A stretch of 63,253 bases of DNA, filler included, from Polymyxa betae A26-41 (taxonomy: Eukaryota > Protista > Endomyxa: Phytomyxea), in NCBI GenBank assembly GCA_003693705.1. It is 6 parts of 6 records of this genome, joined end to end, with 100 filler letters (N's around TTAATTAATTAA, not from the genome) between each part and the next. Parts side by side here need not be neighbours in the genome. Positions count along the whole stretch, not along the records: positions 54,348 to 63,253 come from RBZT01000130.1; 5 more parts are not named here. One strand, given 5' to 3'. Both the position numbers and the translations under genes were made by a program. Every line of letters starts with the position of its first letter. The stretch's first letter is position 1. Below are positions 62,727-63,253 of this stretch, one piece after another. Below the pieces are notes generated by a model, which was not told the origin of the DNA, made no database searches, and saw only the letters and a list, made by a program, of their open reading frames with translations.

Positions 62727-63253
62727 ATTCACAGAGTGGGATTCTGGAACATCAACTATACATCGAAATATTTATTTTTTGTCAGGAAACAGGAAATTAT
62801 GAAAGGAGTGTTTACAAGTAGAGAGGCTACTTCAGAATCTTGGTCATGATCGACCAACTTTATTAATACATCTTATAAAAGATAGTTTGATAGTATTTGT
62901 ATAGCGCGAGCACATTACAGATTGATTGTCAGCCCTAAAACCCTAGCCCCTTTTTGTCAGCTTCTCAGAGCATGGGAGCATCAAAGCGCAAAAACAGTCA
63001 GACTGGTCCGCATGATTGAGATTTCTGATTGAGAAACAGAGGTCCTTACAGGACTAGTCGAGCGCGAAACAAAGCGATTCAAGATTGTTTATCTCAGACG
63101 CATAGCGGAATAGTACTCAGTTCAAAGGAAGAGTAGATGTACAGCCTTCTAAAACACGGACGCAGTTGGTTTTGCGAATTCGAAATCGTCATCGGTGAAA
63201 AACGCTTTCGATTAGGTCTTGCTGCATTCCTTGAGCTACAGAAGGACCCATTA

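Noticed and set aside
1-63253. tRNA/rRNA genes and prokaryotic operon or defence systems
   Set aside because: None recognised by eye. tRNAscan-SE and Infernal would be needed to exclude small RNAs.

Overview
This is eukaryotic, repeat-rich DNA and it is not one locus. Five 100-bp artificial linkers (N44-TTAATTAATTAA-N44) join six contigs: 1-17011, 17112-30229, 30330-41880, 41981-48369, 48470-54247 and 54348-63253. Gene order across linkers therefore has no biological meaning. Short (~50 bp) GT-AG introns, GC-rich genes in an AT-richer background and frequent AAACCCTA motifs suggest a protist, possibly a plasmodiophorid (inference only). Host-like genes are a two-repeat Myb/SANT protein, a multi-exon CCDC82/DUF4211-like gene, a secreted coiled-coil protein and a two-exon Cys-rich secreted protein. 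Most of the rest is decayed mobile DNA: a LINE 3' end with RNase H, a DD39D mariner, pogo/Tigger, a PIF/Harbinger-type MITE, Copia, Gypsy, DIRS-like and Penelope-like remnants, plus broken intronless ORFs and tandem repeats. I cannot demonstrate an intact new system. The best leads are (i) two dispersed homologous 2OG-Fe(II)-oxygenase-like remnants lying among TE debris, (ii) a LINE with an expanded RNase H, a 3' hairpin and a (CCAAT)n tail, (iii) a decayed ~1.6-kb ORF with D-x-G / Y / R-x-E-x-R motifs, (iv) a duplicated ankyrin-like gene pair with complementary lesions, and (v) a secreted protein that may have been horizontally acquired. All family calls come from motif recognition by eye; no searches were run.
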